The notes beneath the pieces are model-generated. The model was not told the origin of the DNA and did not search any database. It worked only from the letters and a program-made list of their open reading frames with translations. This document shows, piece by piece, positions 38,850 through 47,989 of a DNA stretch of 64,000 nucleotides; within the stretch, counting starts at the first letter, position 1; each line of letters begins with the position of its first letter. The DNA lies in NCBI GenBank assembly GCA_009927165.1, contig RFNO01000106.1, forward strand, positions 3,409 through 67,408, given 5' to 3'. Position numbers and translations under genes: made by a program. The stretch comes from Pseudomonadota bacterium. GTDB taxonomy: Bacteria; Bdellovibrionota; FAC87; UBA2466.

Positions 38850-39691
38850 ATTTTCTTTTTAGGCCGAGATTTTTTCACCAACTTTGGATTGGTTTTATTG
38901 AAACTGGGTTGAAGGACCCAAAAGCCCACTGAAATGCTGATTACCAACATGGCGATGGATAAAAGTTGACCCATGCTCAGTCCCAAAGTGAGGTATCCCA
39001 GTTGACTGTCCGGCTCCCGAAAGAATTCAACACCAAATCGAATAAGACTGTATCCAACCAGAAAAACTAAAGAGAGTTGTCCATCACGTCGAAAACGATT
39101 CTTGAGAATCCATAAAACTGCAAAAAGTACGACACCTTCTAGGAAAAACTCGTAAAGCTGAGATGGGTGCCGAGGAAGAGGGCCCCCTTCTCGAAAAACA
39201 ACTCCCCACGGCACTTCGGTAGTTCTGCCATAGAGTTCCCCATTAATAAAATTGCCAATTCTACCCATGGCCAGTCCGGTAGGAGCAGCAAGGACTAGAG
39301 CATCCGCAAAATTCCAAAAGGGAATTCCCTTTTTCCTACAGAAAAGTATAGCTGCACAAATGCTACCAATAAGACCTCCGTGAAAGGATAGTCCCCCCAA
39401 GTAAACTTGAAAGAGATAAAGGGGATTAGCTAACAAGTTCTTAGGGTCATAAAACAGACAATAAAAAATCCTAGCTCCAGCTACGGTGCCGATCAGCAAC
39501 CAAACAATAAACTGTTCGACATCTTCCTGTGTGAATTTGAACCGGTCCTCTTTCGCCAAAGCTCGTAAAATCCATCGAGCAACAACAAAAGCCCCGACAT
39601 AAAGTAAGGAGTACCACCGTATCTGCAGTGGACCCCAAAGGTGAATTAGTACCGGATCGATATTAGGCTGATGAAAATAAGCTGGAGACAT
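38846..39691 (-). CDS. lgt: Prolipoprotein diacylglyceryl transferase
   Basis: IRWY, GLSFHGG, GRIGNFINGELYGR, RHPSQLYE, EFFREPD, MGQLLS. Confidence 0.96.
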   Translation of the reverse strand: MSPAYFHQPNIDPVLIHLWGPLQIRWYSLLYVGAFVVARWILRALAKEDRFKFTQEDVEQFIVWLLIGTVAGARIFYCLFYDPKNLLANPLYLFQVYLGGLSFHGGLIGSICAAILFCRKKGIPFWNFADALVLAAPTGLAMGRIGNFINGELYGRTTEVPWGVVFREGGPLPRHPSQLYEFFLEGVVLFAVLWILKNRFRRDGQLSLVFLVGYSLIRFGVEFFREPDSQLGYLTLGLSMGQLLSIAMLVISISVGFWVLQPSFNKTNPKLVKKSRPKKKI

Positions 39692-39745
39692 AGACCCATT
39701 TTACCTTTTATTAGCCTTTTTAGTCAGCGACAAAACTGCTTTTTT

Positions 39746-40387
39746 TTAGTCTAGAAAGAAAATGAGTCCTGAACTGAAACTTACTTGGGTTCTCATTGAA
39801 TCTGTCGGGATTACCCCTGCCTCCAAATCACTTGTAAAATCCCATCCATCTCCAAGGCGAAGTCTTAATCCCGTGCTAGGGCCTACTCGATAACGAAACA
39901 ACCCTGGAGTCATGGCTGAGCTGTCATAAACCGAAATCCGGGAAAATAAGTAATCGAGATGTTGGGAAATACCCAAGTGCCACATCAGACTTCCTCTTAA
40001 GACCAGAGCATATTGCGCGCCCAATCCACTCTCAACGATATTTTGTGTAATGGAAACATCGCCTTCTGATTCAGGTCTCAGGAAAAAACCAATCGAGGGC
40101 TTCAAAAAAAATCTTTGGCTAATCGGAAAAATATAATTTGCTCGTAAACCGAAAACCAACTGAAGCTTCGCAATGTCTCCGGAGGAGTTATTTCCGATAC
40201 CTACCAAACCGGTCTCTAAACCAAAGGCTTGCCGCTCTGATCTGGCCAACTGTTTTTTTGCGGTTGGCATCGATGAAGAGATGACGCTGGCCCGTTCTCT
40301 CGGTGGCATGAGTGGGGCCAGAGGGCGTGCTAGTGCGATGGGTGTGTTGAGAAACAGCAATGTGATTAACAAAGAAAAACTTTTCAT
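39746..40387 (-). CDS. Hypothetical exported beta-barrel protein
   Basis: Start MKSFSLL overlaps the upstream stop; signal peptide ending ALA; beta-strand pattern; C-terminal GLIFFLD. Confidence 0.6.
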   Translation of the reverse strand: MKSFSLLITLLFLNTPIALARPLAPLMPPRERASVISSSMPTAKKQLARSERQAFGLETGLVGIGNNSSGDIAKLQLVFGLRANYIFPISQRFFLKPSIGFFLRPESEGDVSITQNIVESGLGAQYALVLRGSLMWHLGISQHLDYLFSRISVYDSSAMTPGLFRYRVGPSTGLRLRLGDGWDFTSDLEAGVIPTDSMRTQVSFSSGLIFFLD

Positions 40388-41517
40388 TAGTTTGCTCCTA
40401 GAGCTCCGAATGCACTTTGATAAATTTGTTGCACTTGGGGTGTTGCTCGATTTCCCAGTGCTTGGATATGGCAATTTTTGAGAGTGTTAAAAGTAACTCG
40501 AGCACTTGATGAACTGAGACCGGTGCAAGTGGCTAAACGATTAAGAAAGGAAATTAAACTTTGACCATTTTGCTCGTGTCCAATCGCTTCGCCTATTTGA
40601 TATTGCACAGAAGCCCAAACTGCACCTCCATCATGAGAATCAAAATCCACTGAAGTGCGAATCGCTTGAAGTTGCTGATTAGTTAGCACTTTTGGATGGG
40701 ACAGGTCTCTATCGCCTGCATTTGGAAAACTACAGTGAAAAAAACCAGGATCCCGAGTGGCTAAAAAGGCAAAGTAATCAGAATTTCCCTCGTCAAAAGC
40801 ATTAAGAGTATTTTCTGATTCATCAGTGAGATTTTTTCCGGCCTCAGAACGTTTCATGTGAAAAGCATACTGGGTAAAGTAATGAGCAAACTCATGGACC
40901 ATGACTCCTGCGTTAAACCCAAGTGGAATGGTTTTAATTTCTTCGTTGGGAAAAGATAGAAAGTAGTTTCTCGGACCTTGTGGTCCATCCATTTGGAGGT
41001 AAGCTGCATTATCACTCAGCATTTTTCCTTCTTCGGGAATGGCTTTGATTTTTGCATTTTGAACGATGAACGTATCTCTTAAGTTAGGAACTATGCTGTT
41101 CAAATCACCCGCAGGATCTAGATTTTTAAAAAGAAAATATCCTTTCTCCAAAGAGTAGTAGAGACTGGCTGCTATCAAGCTAGTTTTGTCGAGAGGTCCA
41201 AATGTGTTTCCCGATCCGGCAAATCTCAGGTCCAATCGTTGAAACCCCATACCGGATTCTAAAATGCTGGAACTGCTTTCCAGATCGTCTTGATGGCTCA
41301 CCACTTGGCCCATGAGCCCTCGCATTTCGGAAACACTATCAAGAGTTTGAATGGTGGCTGGACCCACCTGGTATTTGCAGTAGGCCCCCGACGGTTGAAT
41401 CACGGTCATGGTGATGGGTCCACCCAAAAAAGACTGAGTGCAAGAGCTCAAGGCGAGGCTTACTAAAAGCCAAACGGATTTTGAAAGTGAATTCTGCAAG
41501 GATTCAAAAAGCTTCAT
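40387..41517 (-). CDS. Lipoprotein zinc metalloprotease (gluzincin, M4/M36-like)
   Basis: Start MKLFES; lipobox LSSC; DNAAY, HEFAH, downstream NAFDEGNSD, DSHDGG. Confidence 0.8.
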   Translation of the reverse strand: MKLFESLQNSLSKSVWLLVSLALSSCTQSFLGGPITMTVIQPSGAYCKYQVGPATIQTLDSVSEMRGLMGQVVSHQDDLESSSSILESGMGFQRLDLRFAGSGNTFGPLDKTSLIAASLYYSLEKGYFLFKNLDPAGDLNSIVPNLRDTFIVQNAKIKAIPEEGKMLSDNAAYLQMDGPQGPRNYFLSFPNEEIKTIPLGFNAGVMVHEFAHYFTQYAFHMKRSEAGKNLTDESENTLNAFDEGNSDYFAFLATRDPGFFHCSFPNAGDRDLSHPKVLTNQQLQAIRTSVDFDSHDGGAVWASVQYQIGEAIGHEQNGQSLISFLNRLATCTGLSSSSARVTFNTLKNCHIQALGNRATPQVQQIYQSAFGALGAN

Positions 41518-41539
41518 GTCATGTCTCGACAAAAGAAAG

Positions 41540-41555
41540 AGCAGAAAACATGCCA
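41540..41555 (-). promoter_or_regulatory. Candidate sigma54 -24/-12 promoter
   Basis: TGGCATGTTTTCTGCT (GG-N10-GC), just upstream of ATG 41517. Confidence 0.6.
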
Positions 41556-41654
41556 TGGAAGGAGCGTAGACAATCGGAATTTTAGGCAGAGTTTTATCAG
41601 GGATTGATAAAGGGCTGTAGATTGTCACTGGTAGTGCTATCGCTTTGATAGGCT

Positions 41655-41685
41655 AAAAAAAAGCCGCCTGGGTTCAGGCGGCTTT
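41655..41685 (-). terminator. Rho-independent terminator of dksA
   Basis: AAAGCCGCCTG-ggtt-CAGGCGGCTTT with an A run on the left (U tail on the - strand). Confidence 0.88.
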
Positions 41686-41710
41686 CTCAAAACAGAAAAG
41701 TTAGCTAGTG

Positions 41711-42106
41711 TCAGGTCATCTGATTAGCTGCACCACCAGTTTGAAGAATTGTTTCTTCTCTGCGTTCTTCTGCTTCCATCTCGGATTTGCAGTTGATGCA
41801 CAGGGTGGTTACTGGACGCGCCATCAGTCGTTTTACCGAAATGGCCTCTCCGCAGGATTCACAGATTCCGTAAGTCCCCTCATCAATCTTTTTTAGTGCT
41901 TCATAAACCTTGCTGATGAGCTTTCTCTCACGGTCTTTAATACGAAGTTCGAAACTGCGTTCGCTTTCTAAAGACGCTTGGTCGTTGATATCCGCCAAAG
42001 GCGAATTCGTGCCTAACGAAGGTACTTCCTTATTAAAGTCTGTTTGGAGTTCTTTGAGTTGCCCCATCAGAACCTTTTTTAGTTTTTCTCTATCGTTCTT
42101 ATTCAT
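41711..42106 (-). CDS. dksA: RNA polymerase-binding transcription factor DksA
   Basis: DINDQAS.E, RERKLISK, GTYGICESCGEAI..RL.ARP..TLCINCK. Confidence 0.93.
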   Translation of the reverse strand: MNKNDREKLKKVLMGQLKELQTDFNKEVPSLGTNSPLADINDQASLESERSFELRIKDRERKLISKVYEALKKIDEGTYGICESCGEAISVKRLMARPVTTLCINCKSEMEAEERREETILQTGGAANQMT

Positions 42107-42204
42107 AGTTACTTTCCATCCCCCCCGGGATTTTCCCGAATCATCAGGATTAACAGAACCCAGGGAAAAGTCAAACCCTCCCTGTTTCGACTTAAATATA
42201 TGAT

Positions 42205-42398
42205 TTTAATAACAAAACCCTTTTCTGTGCCCCAGGGCTTTTAAAGCACAAGGGGGGTCTTCTTTGAGCGAATATGTGTTTCGGGGCCACATATTAGGGG
42301 GAGGAGGCAAGCCCAAAGAAGACTCCCCAGGCACTTTCCCGACTCTCTCAAGTCGGGCTTTACGTACTGCTAACGTGCAACTCAAACCTAAATCGTTT
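42205..42398 (-). ncRNA. Candidate structured RNA / 3'-UTR sRNA with exposed anti-SD loop
   Basis: 18-bp stem 42252-69/42311-28 extended by 42243-49/42331-37, inner hairpin 42271-78/42288-95, hairpin 42338-57, terminator-like 42214-42242. G-U pairs favour the - strand. Confidence 0.5.
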
Positions 42399-43259
42399 TT
42401 AGCGGTGCGTCGCAAACCCCCTTGGTATTTGATAACGGTTCGGGGATACCCCATCCGACCCCGTTGAGGGAGCGTAAGAGGGGCTATAAGGCGAAACTCC
42501 AACTGTGCTACCCGGCGTGACGGGCGAAGGATTGGTATAAGTTTGAATACCGGGTTGAGGGCACATCACCGTGATATTGTCGCATCCTCCGTATGGGAGG
42601 GGATTAGAGGATGGGGGAACAATAGTATTGTCATACGGAACAGGTGACGTCGGACCAGTTCCCAATCCAATCGGCAAACTTGTGATGGGATTTCCCGGAT
42701 TGTAGGGATCCGTTGGGTAAACCGGTGGATAAACTGGCGGATAAAATGGGCTTGGGCCAACGGGCGAAATGGGAGAGTAAGGATTCGGATAAGTAGGCCC
42801 TGTCCCTAAACCTGGAATAACAGGATTACTCAGCTGATTCAAAATTCCATTTTGGTAAGTAATCAAATTGAGCAATTGGATATCGACAGGATTTACTCCT
42901 GAATAACTTCCGTAGCCTCCGAGTCCAACTGAGTCGTAACAAGAGCCACAAGACTGTGTAAAAGTTCCGCAACCACCACCCCAACCATAAGAAGGTGAAG
43001 AAGAGGTGAAAGTCGGAGACGAAAAACTAAAAAGATATTGAGTCGGATTGCTCAAGTACACCGGGACTTGAATGGGGACTGTCACAGGGGCACAGGCACT
43101 GGCTATTGAATTTAAGTTCTGGCCAAACGAATACAAGTTGTAACCACCTGTGTTATAAAGGCCACAGCTACTGCACATTTCCGCTTGAGCTTGTTCTGGG
43201 GCGATAAAAAATAAACTCGTCAGGATGGTTGCCCCGATAATCTTTTTAAACCAATTCAT
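42399..43259 (-). CDS. Secreted low-complexity Pro/Ser/Gly/Tyr/Cys-rich protein
   Basis: RBS GAGGGAG; signal peptide ending AQA; CSSC, CGTFTQSCGSC, PFYPPVYPPVYP; very few charged residues. Confidence 0.8.
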   Translation of the reverse strand: MNWFKKIIGATILTSLFFIAPEQAQAEMCSSCGLYNTGGYNLYSFGQNLNSIASACAPVTVPIQVPVYLSNPTQYLFSFSSPTFTSSSPSYGWGGGCGTFTQSCGSCYDSVGLGGYGSYSGVNPVDIQLLNLITYQNGILNQLSNPVIPGLGTGPTYPNPYSPISPVGPSPFYPPVYPPVYPTDPYNPGNPITSLPIGLGTGPTSPVPYDNTIVPPSSNPLPYGGCDNITVMCPQPGIQTYTNPSPVTPGSTVGVSPYSPSYAPSTGSDGVSPNRYQIPRGFATHR

Positions 43260-43333
43260 TTACTCCCTCATGCAACTTTTAAGAATTCAAACCATCAAAC
43301 AGTAAACGTGAACTTGGTTAGTGTCCCAAGAGG

Positions 43334-43349
43334 AGCAAGCGGTGTGCCA
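43334..43349 (-). promoter_or_regulatory. Sigma54 -24/-12 promoter
   Basis: TGGCACACCGCTTGCT, near-perfect consensus, 75 bp upstream of ATG 43259. Confidence 0.8.
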
Positions 43350-43538
43350 TTTTATTTAGCCTGGAAGGATTCAAGTGCGAATGGGTCGTGCTCCATTTCA
43401 AAGGATATTTTAGAGCGACTAGAGCAGGGAGCCTTTATTTATAGGTACATAGCTTGTAAACTGTTTAGACAACCTGTTAGACAAAAAAGTGTTTCCTTCC
43501 GTATTCCTAAAGAGGTCTGACTTTAACTGGAGGTTTTT

Positions 43539-44354
43539 TTGAAAACGCCATTAATAGCTTTTCTTTTTTGGTGTGTTCTGACTTCATTTTCTTGGGGCTA
43601 TTCAGACTTTGTGCCTCTGCGTGAGAGAGCTCAAGGGCACTCACTGACTGGAGCTATTCAAACTAACGATAGTATTTACTCGAATCCTGCAGCTGGCATT
43701 TTTGCAACGACTTATTCGGTAGAGGGTACTTTTGCTTTTCCGAAATCCTTTTCTACTTCTATTTTGGATACCCGAACTTCTCAAGTGGGTGGAGGCATTG
43801 GCTACTTTAAGGATCAAAGCTCTGAACTTAACCTACAGGGACTTCGATTGACCGCTAGCTCAAGAGTTTCCGAAAACGTCGGATTAGCCATTGCTGGAAA
43901 AGCTGTTTGGGGAAATCGACTGAACAAAAATACAGAAAGTGCGAGCTTAAAAGATGTAGATGTAGGAGCCCTTTGGAATTTAGGATTTATGACAGCGGGT
44001 GCAGTGTTACGAAATTCTTTTGGGGGAGATGAGTCTGTCAATCAGGAAAGAGAACTCTCCATTGGAGCGAGAATGGGATACTCCGACGCAGTATTTTTTT
44101 CGGCATCAGCCCACTCCAAGCTCAGACAGATTACCCCTTATGAATTTGGCTTTGGTATGGAGTACGTCTCTCCGTGGTTTTTTTCTTTAATGGGGGGATA
44201 TCGATTCCAAACAGCTCAGGGAACTCCCAACTCTTGCTGGAGTACTGGCGTAAGTTTTCTTAGTCCCCGACTTTCAGTTCATTACGCTGTTGAATTCCCT
44301 CGGCAAACTCAAGATTCAGCGTCGCATCTTTTAGGTGCGACAATGAATTTTTAG
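43539..44354 (+). CDS. Outer-membrane beta-barrel protein (PorV/FadL-like N-terminus)
   Basis: TTG start after GGAGG; signal peptide; R..AQG......DSIYSNPAA motif; beta strands; C-terminal F. Confidence 0.65.
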   Translation: MKTPLIAFLFWCVLTSFSWGYSDFVPLRERAQGHSLTGAIQTNDSIYSNPAAGIFATTYSVEGTFAFPKSFSTSILDTRTSQVGGGIGYFKDQSSELNLQGLRLTASSRVSENVGLAIAGKAVWGNRLNKNTESASLKDVDVGALWNLGFMTAGAVLRNSFGGDESVNQERELSIGARMGYSDAVFFSASAHSKLRQITPYEFGFGMEYVSPWFFSLMGGYRFQTAQGTPNSCWSTGVSFLSPRLSVHYAVEFPRQTQDSASHLLGATMNF

Positions 44355-44369
44355 AAACAATCAAAAACT

Positions 44370-45173
44370 TTGAAAAAGCTTATTCTCATCTTAAATCTCT
44401 TTTTTCTTGTTCCCTATAATTGGGCCTTTGAACAATTAGGACTGGAACTACTTCCTTCCAAGCGGCCTTTCCGTTTAACTTTTGCTGATCCCAGAGAAAT
44501 ACGAATGGCTCTCAGTTTTCAGGGAAGTTCGGGTATTAACGCCTCGATAGGGAATTATTTTTCACTTTTAGGAATTAAACCTGTTTCAGAGGGGCTGCAG
44601 CCAGATTGGATTGCTCATGCAGGATTGGAGGGAGCTGGATATTTCACCATGAGGCAAGCGGACAGCCGCTTTCCTTTAGAAACTGCGGATGGTCTTATTG
44701 GTACTTATTTCGAAGGGGCCTCTGGACCTTTTCAGGGACAGCTCCGATTTACTCACATCTCTGCTCATTTGGCTGATGGTAGTTCGGGAGTGCCTATCGC
44801 ATACAGCCGAGAGTTTATTTCTTTGCGTGTGGGTTACGTGCCAGGCGAAGAGCTGCAGGTGTACTCTGGATTACAAGTATTGGTTAATACCGTTCCCAAA
44901 GTAGAGCCTTGGGCTCTCCAACTTGGTGGGAATTTTTTCTTACCAGGACAGAGCAACCTGACTCCTTTTGTCTCGGCTGATTTAAAATGGCGTCAGGAGA
45001 GTCCCGAAAATCCAGCTATTCACCTTCTGATGGGATTGGCTTTAAATAATCCTCCCCAGGCATTTCGATCATTTCGCTTTTATTATGCTTACTTTACGGG
45101 CGCGGATCCTCGTGGCCAATTTTACAACCAAGTGGTTACTACGCACTCTGTCGGAATTGATATGCAAATTTGA
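44370..45173 (+). CDS. DUF1207-like outer-membrane beta-barrel protein
   Basis: F....ADPR, HISAHLADG, YFTG.DPRGQFY. Family recognised from memory. Confidence 0.6.
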   Translation: MKKLILILNLFFLVPYNWAFEQLGLELLPSKRPFRLTFADPREIRMALSFQGSSGINASIGNYFSLLGIKPVSEGLQPDWIAHAGLEGAGYFTMRQADSRFPLETADGLIGTYFEGASGPFQGQLRFTHISAHLADGSSGVPIAYSREFISLRVGYVPGEELQVYSGLQVLVNTVPKVEPWALQLGGNFFLPGQSNLTPFVSADLKWRQESPENPAIHLLMGLALNNPPQAFRSFRFYYAYFTGADPRGQFYNQVVTTHSVGIDMQI

Positions 45174-45282
45174 CCGCTCTTGGAAGCAGAGCTTCTGAGT
45201 TTTTTAAGGGCAGAACGGTTTCAGCACTGGTACAATAAAGATATCCATCTTCAGTCTTCGCTTTAATTCCAGAGGAAAAATT

Positions 45283-46161
45283 ATGAAATGCTTGATGCCA
45301 ATGCGTTCGGTGTCCCTTTTGGCCTTAGTTGTTTTGCTATCTAGTTGTGGAATTGTTCATTACCCCGGACAACCTGGTATGGTTCCAAGTACTTTTTCAA
45401 AGTTAGACTTGGAAGTCTTAGAGGAGCCCGGTCTATTTGTTTACGAATCCGTCTACGACAATACTTCTTCCGGTCAAGGTGTGACTGCAGTGATTACTAA
45501 GCTGTATCCGAAAGCTCAAACCTACACGACCAATGTGCGGACCAATGCAGACGGTACTCTTTTTCGTGTGAAAGCCCAATACAACGGTGCTGATATTCAA
45601 ATGATTTCTATGCCTCAGCAAAATCAGATTTATGTGAATCCCGGCCACCAATTGATGTTCTTAGTGGATTGTGAAAATTCAGTGGATGAAATTGACGAGA
45701 AAAATATTGCTGAAGAAAACTTATTCAAGCCGAGCAATTTTCTCCAACTTTCTCAAAAAGCCTTCGAAACAAAGCGACTAAAATGGGAAATTATCAAAGC
45801 GGCTCGGTTTTTACCTTCTGGAAACTTAGGCTACGAAATTACGTCGCTCCAAATGAATCAAGCGAAATTTGTACCTACCACTCCAGTCACCCTAGAAACC
45901 ACATTGAATCAGAATGCCATTAAAACGACGCTTTCAACCGAGACCAAAGGGGAGTTCGTGAGCTTTCTTGAGTCGAATTTTCCTAAGGGATATCGAGGAA
46001 AAGTTGATTTCTTCGTTAAGGATTCGGTTGTGCCGCTGACATTTAATTTGGGAGTAAATACTTTCAAGACTGCTGAGGCGAGTGGATTGAAAATCATTCG
46101 AGGAATACCGGAGGCTTTGATTAAAGATATTCTGGGAAAGTCCTCTTCAGACAAAAAATAA
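45283..46161 (+). CDS. Hypothetical lipoprotein
   Basis: RBS AGAGG; lipobox LSSC; first gene of a three-gene run with the S8 protease and redoxin. Confidence 0.7.
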   Translation: MKCLMPMRSVSLLALVVLLSSCGIVHYPGQPGMVPSTFSKLDLEVLEEPGLFVYESVYDNTSSGQGVTAVITKLYPKAQTYTTNVRTNADGTLFRVKAQYNGADIQMISMPQQNQIYVNPGHQLMFLVDCENSVDEIDEKNIAEENLFKPSNFLQLSQKAFETKRLKWEIIKAARFLPSGNLGYEITSLQMNQAKFVPTTPVTLETTLNQNAIKTTLSTETKGEFVSFLESNFPKGYRGKVDFFVKDSVVPLTFNLGVNTFKTAEASGLKIIRGIPEALIKDILGKSSSDKK

Positions 46162-46171
46162 CGAGTTCTTT

Positions 46172-47458
46172 ATGATAAAAATTTCGGCAGCAGCTCTGCT
46201 ACTGATCGGCTTTTCAGCTTACTCCGATGATTACTTGGTTCTTTTCAAGCAGGCGGAAATTTCTGTTGGAAGTATGGATCACGAGGCCTATACAGAATCA
46301 CTTCAAAATGCCAACGAAAAGAGCATTACTCAATTAAAGGATTGGCTGGCGACACAAAGAATTACTCCTCACAAAGAATCAAAAAATCTGTGGTTGGTTA
46401 GAGGAGCTACTCTCGCAGTGGAAACTGAGGCCGCAAAAAAACTGAAGAAGGAACCCTGGATTCATGGAGTATATCGTGATCAGATGAGACAAATGGTACC
46501 TCCTCAGTCGACTACCGTTGTGGGAGACACATTGAACGAAGTCGGTGCTGAGGACCTCTGGGGTCTGGAGCGAATGGGATTAAATCAAATTCGCAGTGAG
46601 TTTCCCCATTTAGACGGGCGTGGAATTTCCATTGGCATTTTGGACACGGGTATTCAAGGTAAGCATCCCGAACTATCGGGGAGAGTTAAAAAGTTTCGAG
46701 ATTTTGTGAGCCACATCCAATACGAATACGATGATCATGGACATGGAACACACGTCGCCGGGACCATTGCAGGAAAGAAAACGGGGTTTGCCCCCCGGAG
46801 TGAATTGCTGATGGCAAAAATTTTTGGAGCAGTTGGTGGTGGACAAGATTCTGCTATCATCGAAGCAATGCAATGGCAGTTTGATCCAGATGGCGATCCT
46901 GCTACATCTGATTTTCCACGAATAATCAGCAATTCTTGGGGTGCTGAAATCGAAGATCGTGTACATGATATTGAGGAGTATCTTCCCTTTCATTTGGCCA
47001 TTCAAGCTTGGATCAATGGCGGGATTATCCCAATCTTTTCTGCAGGCAACTCGGGAAAAAGTCCCAATGGCATTCCCGGGGGACTGCCAGATGTTATTGC
47101 AGTAGGTGCTTTTGATAAAACCGATACCATTGCTGAGTTTTCAAGCCGTGGTCCTAATCTTTGGAAGATAGGGCCCAGCGTGTTGACTGTTCTCAAGCCC
47201 GATATTTCGGCACCTGGCGTAGCAATTGGATCTTCTTTTCCTGGAAATAAATATGCGGTCTGGGATGGAACATCCATGGCTGCACCACACGTCAGCGGAG
47301 CGATAGCTTTGCTGTTACAAGCAAACCCAAAACTTAATTTTTCAGACGTGAAAATGTTACTGATGAACACATCTGAAAAAAAGGGAGATGGTTTGTTTGG
47401 CTACGGCATTATGAATGCCTATGAACTTATCAAAGCCGGCCTTCAGTTGAGAAAGTAG
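46172..47458 (+). CDS. Secreted S8 subtilisin-like protease
   Basis: I9-like prodomain; ILDTG, HGHGTHVAG, SNSWG, SAGN, GTSMAAPHV. Confidence 0.93.
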   Translation: MIKISAAALLLIGFSAYSDDYLVLFKQAEISVGSMDHEAYTESLQNANEKSITQLKDWLATQRITPHKESKNLWLVRGATLAVETEAAKKLKKEPWIHGVYRDQMRQMVPPQSTTVVGDTLNEVGAEDLWGLERMGLNQIRSEFPHLDGRGISIGILDTGIQGKHPELSGRVKKFRDFVSHIQYEYDDHGHGTHVAGTIAGKKTGFAPRSELLMAKIFGAVGGGQDSAIIEAMQWQFDPDGDPATSDFPRIISNSWGAEIEDRVHDIEEYLPFHLAIQAWINGGIIPIFSAGNSGKSPNGIPGGLPDVIAVGAFDKTDTIAEFSSRGPNLWKIGPSVLTVLKPDISAPGVAIGSSFPGNKYAVWDGTSMAAPHVSGAIALLLQANPKLNFSDVKMLLMNTSEKKGDGLFGYGIMNAYELIKAGLQLRK

Positions 47459-47480
47459 TCCTCAAAATAGGAGATAAACA

Positions 47481-47984
47481 ATGAAAGCTCTTTTAGTGCT
47501 TAGTGCACTCACTTTGTCTATGATGAGTTGGTCAGTGGTTGAAGTTGGGGAAAAATCTCCCGAACTTTGCTGGAAGAATGTCCAGTCAAAAGAGATTTGT
47601 CTTCGAAATGTGCACAATAAAGCAGTGGTACTAATCTACAACACGGGGTGGTGTCCCGGGTGCCAAGAAGAGATCTCAGAACTCTCCAAAAGATATGATG
47701 AGATAAAAAAAGATGATGCTTTGCTCATTTCGTTGTCTGCAGAAGGATTTCAGCATGGACAGCCAGCCAATGAGGAGTTTCTGAATCAGTTCCAAAAAAA
47801 ATATCAGATACCCTTTGAAGTAGCCTCTTCTCCAAACAATGCGGGGAAGGAATTTTTTAAGCCGCCCTACTACATCCCCGCTACGGTAATCCTCGATAGA
47901 AACGGGGTTTTACAATTCAAAAAAGTAGATGCCTCAGTTGATGAAATATTCTCTTGGGTAAAAAAGCTCTCTGCTGAACGGTAA
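47481..47984 (+). CDS. Exported TlpA/redoxin-family thiol-disulfide oxidoreductase
   Basis: Signal peptide; WCPGC; IPATVILDRNG. Confidence 0.85.
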   Translation: MKALLVLSALTLSMMSWSVVEVGEKSPELCWKNVQSKEICLRNVHNKAVVLIYNTGWCPGCQEEISELSKRYDEIKKDDALLISLSAEGFQHGQPANEEFLNQFQKKYQIPFEVASSPNNAGKEFFKPPYYIPATVILDRNGVLQFKKVDASVDEIFSWVKKLSAER

Positions 47985-47989
47985 GCGGT

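Noticed and set aside
42206-42502. 98-aa and 67-aa ORFs in the spacer upstream of dksA
   Set aside because: No RBS or protein-like features; the region is better explained by RNA structure.
42700-42800. Short tandem repeats GGATAAAC.GG resembling a repeat array
   Set aside because: They encode the PVY/PPVY peptide repeats of the 42399-43259 protein. There are no CRISPR-like spacers or cas genes.
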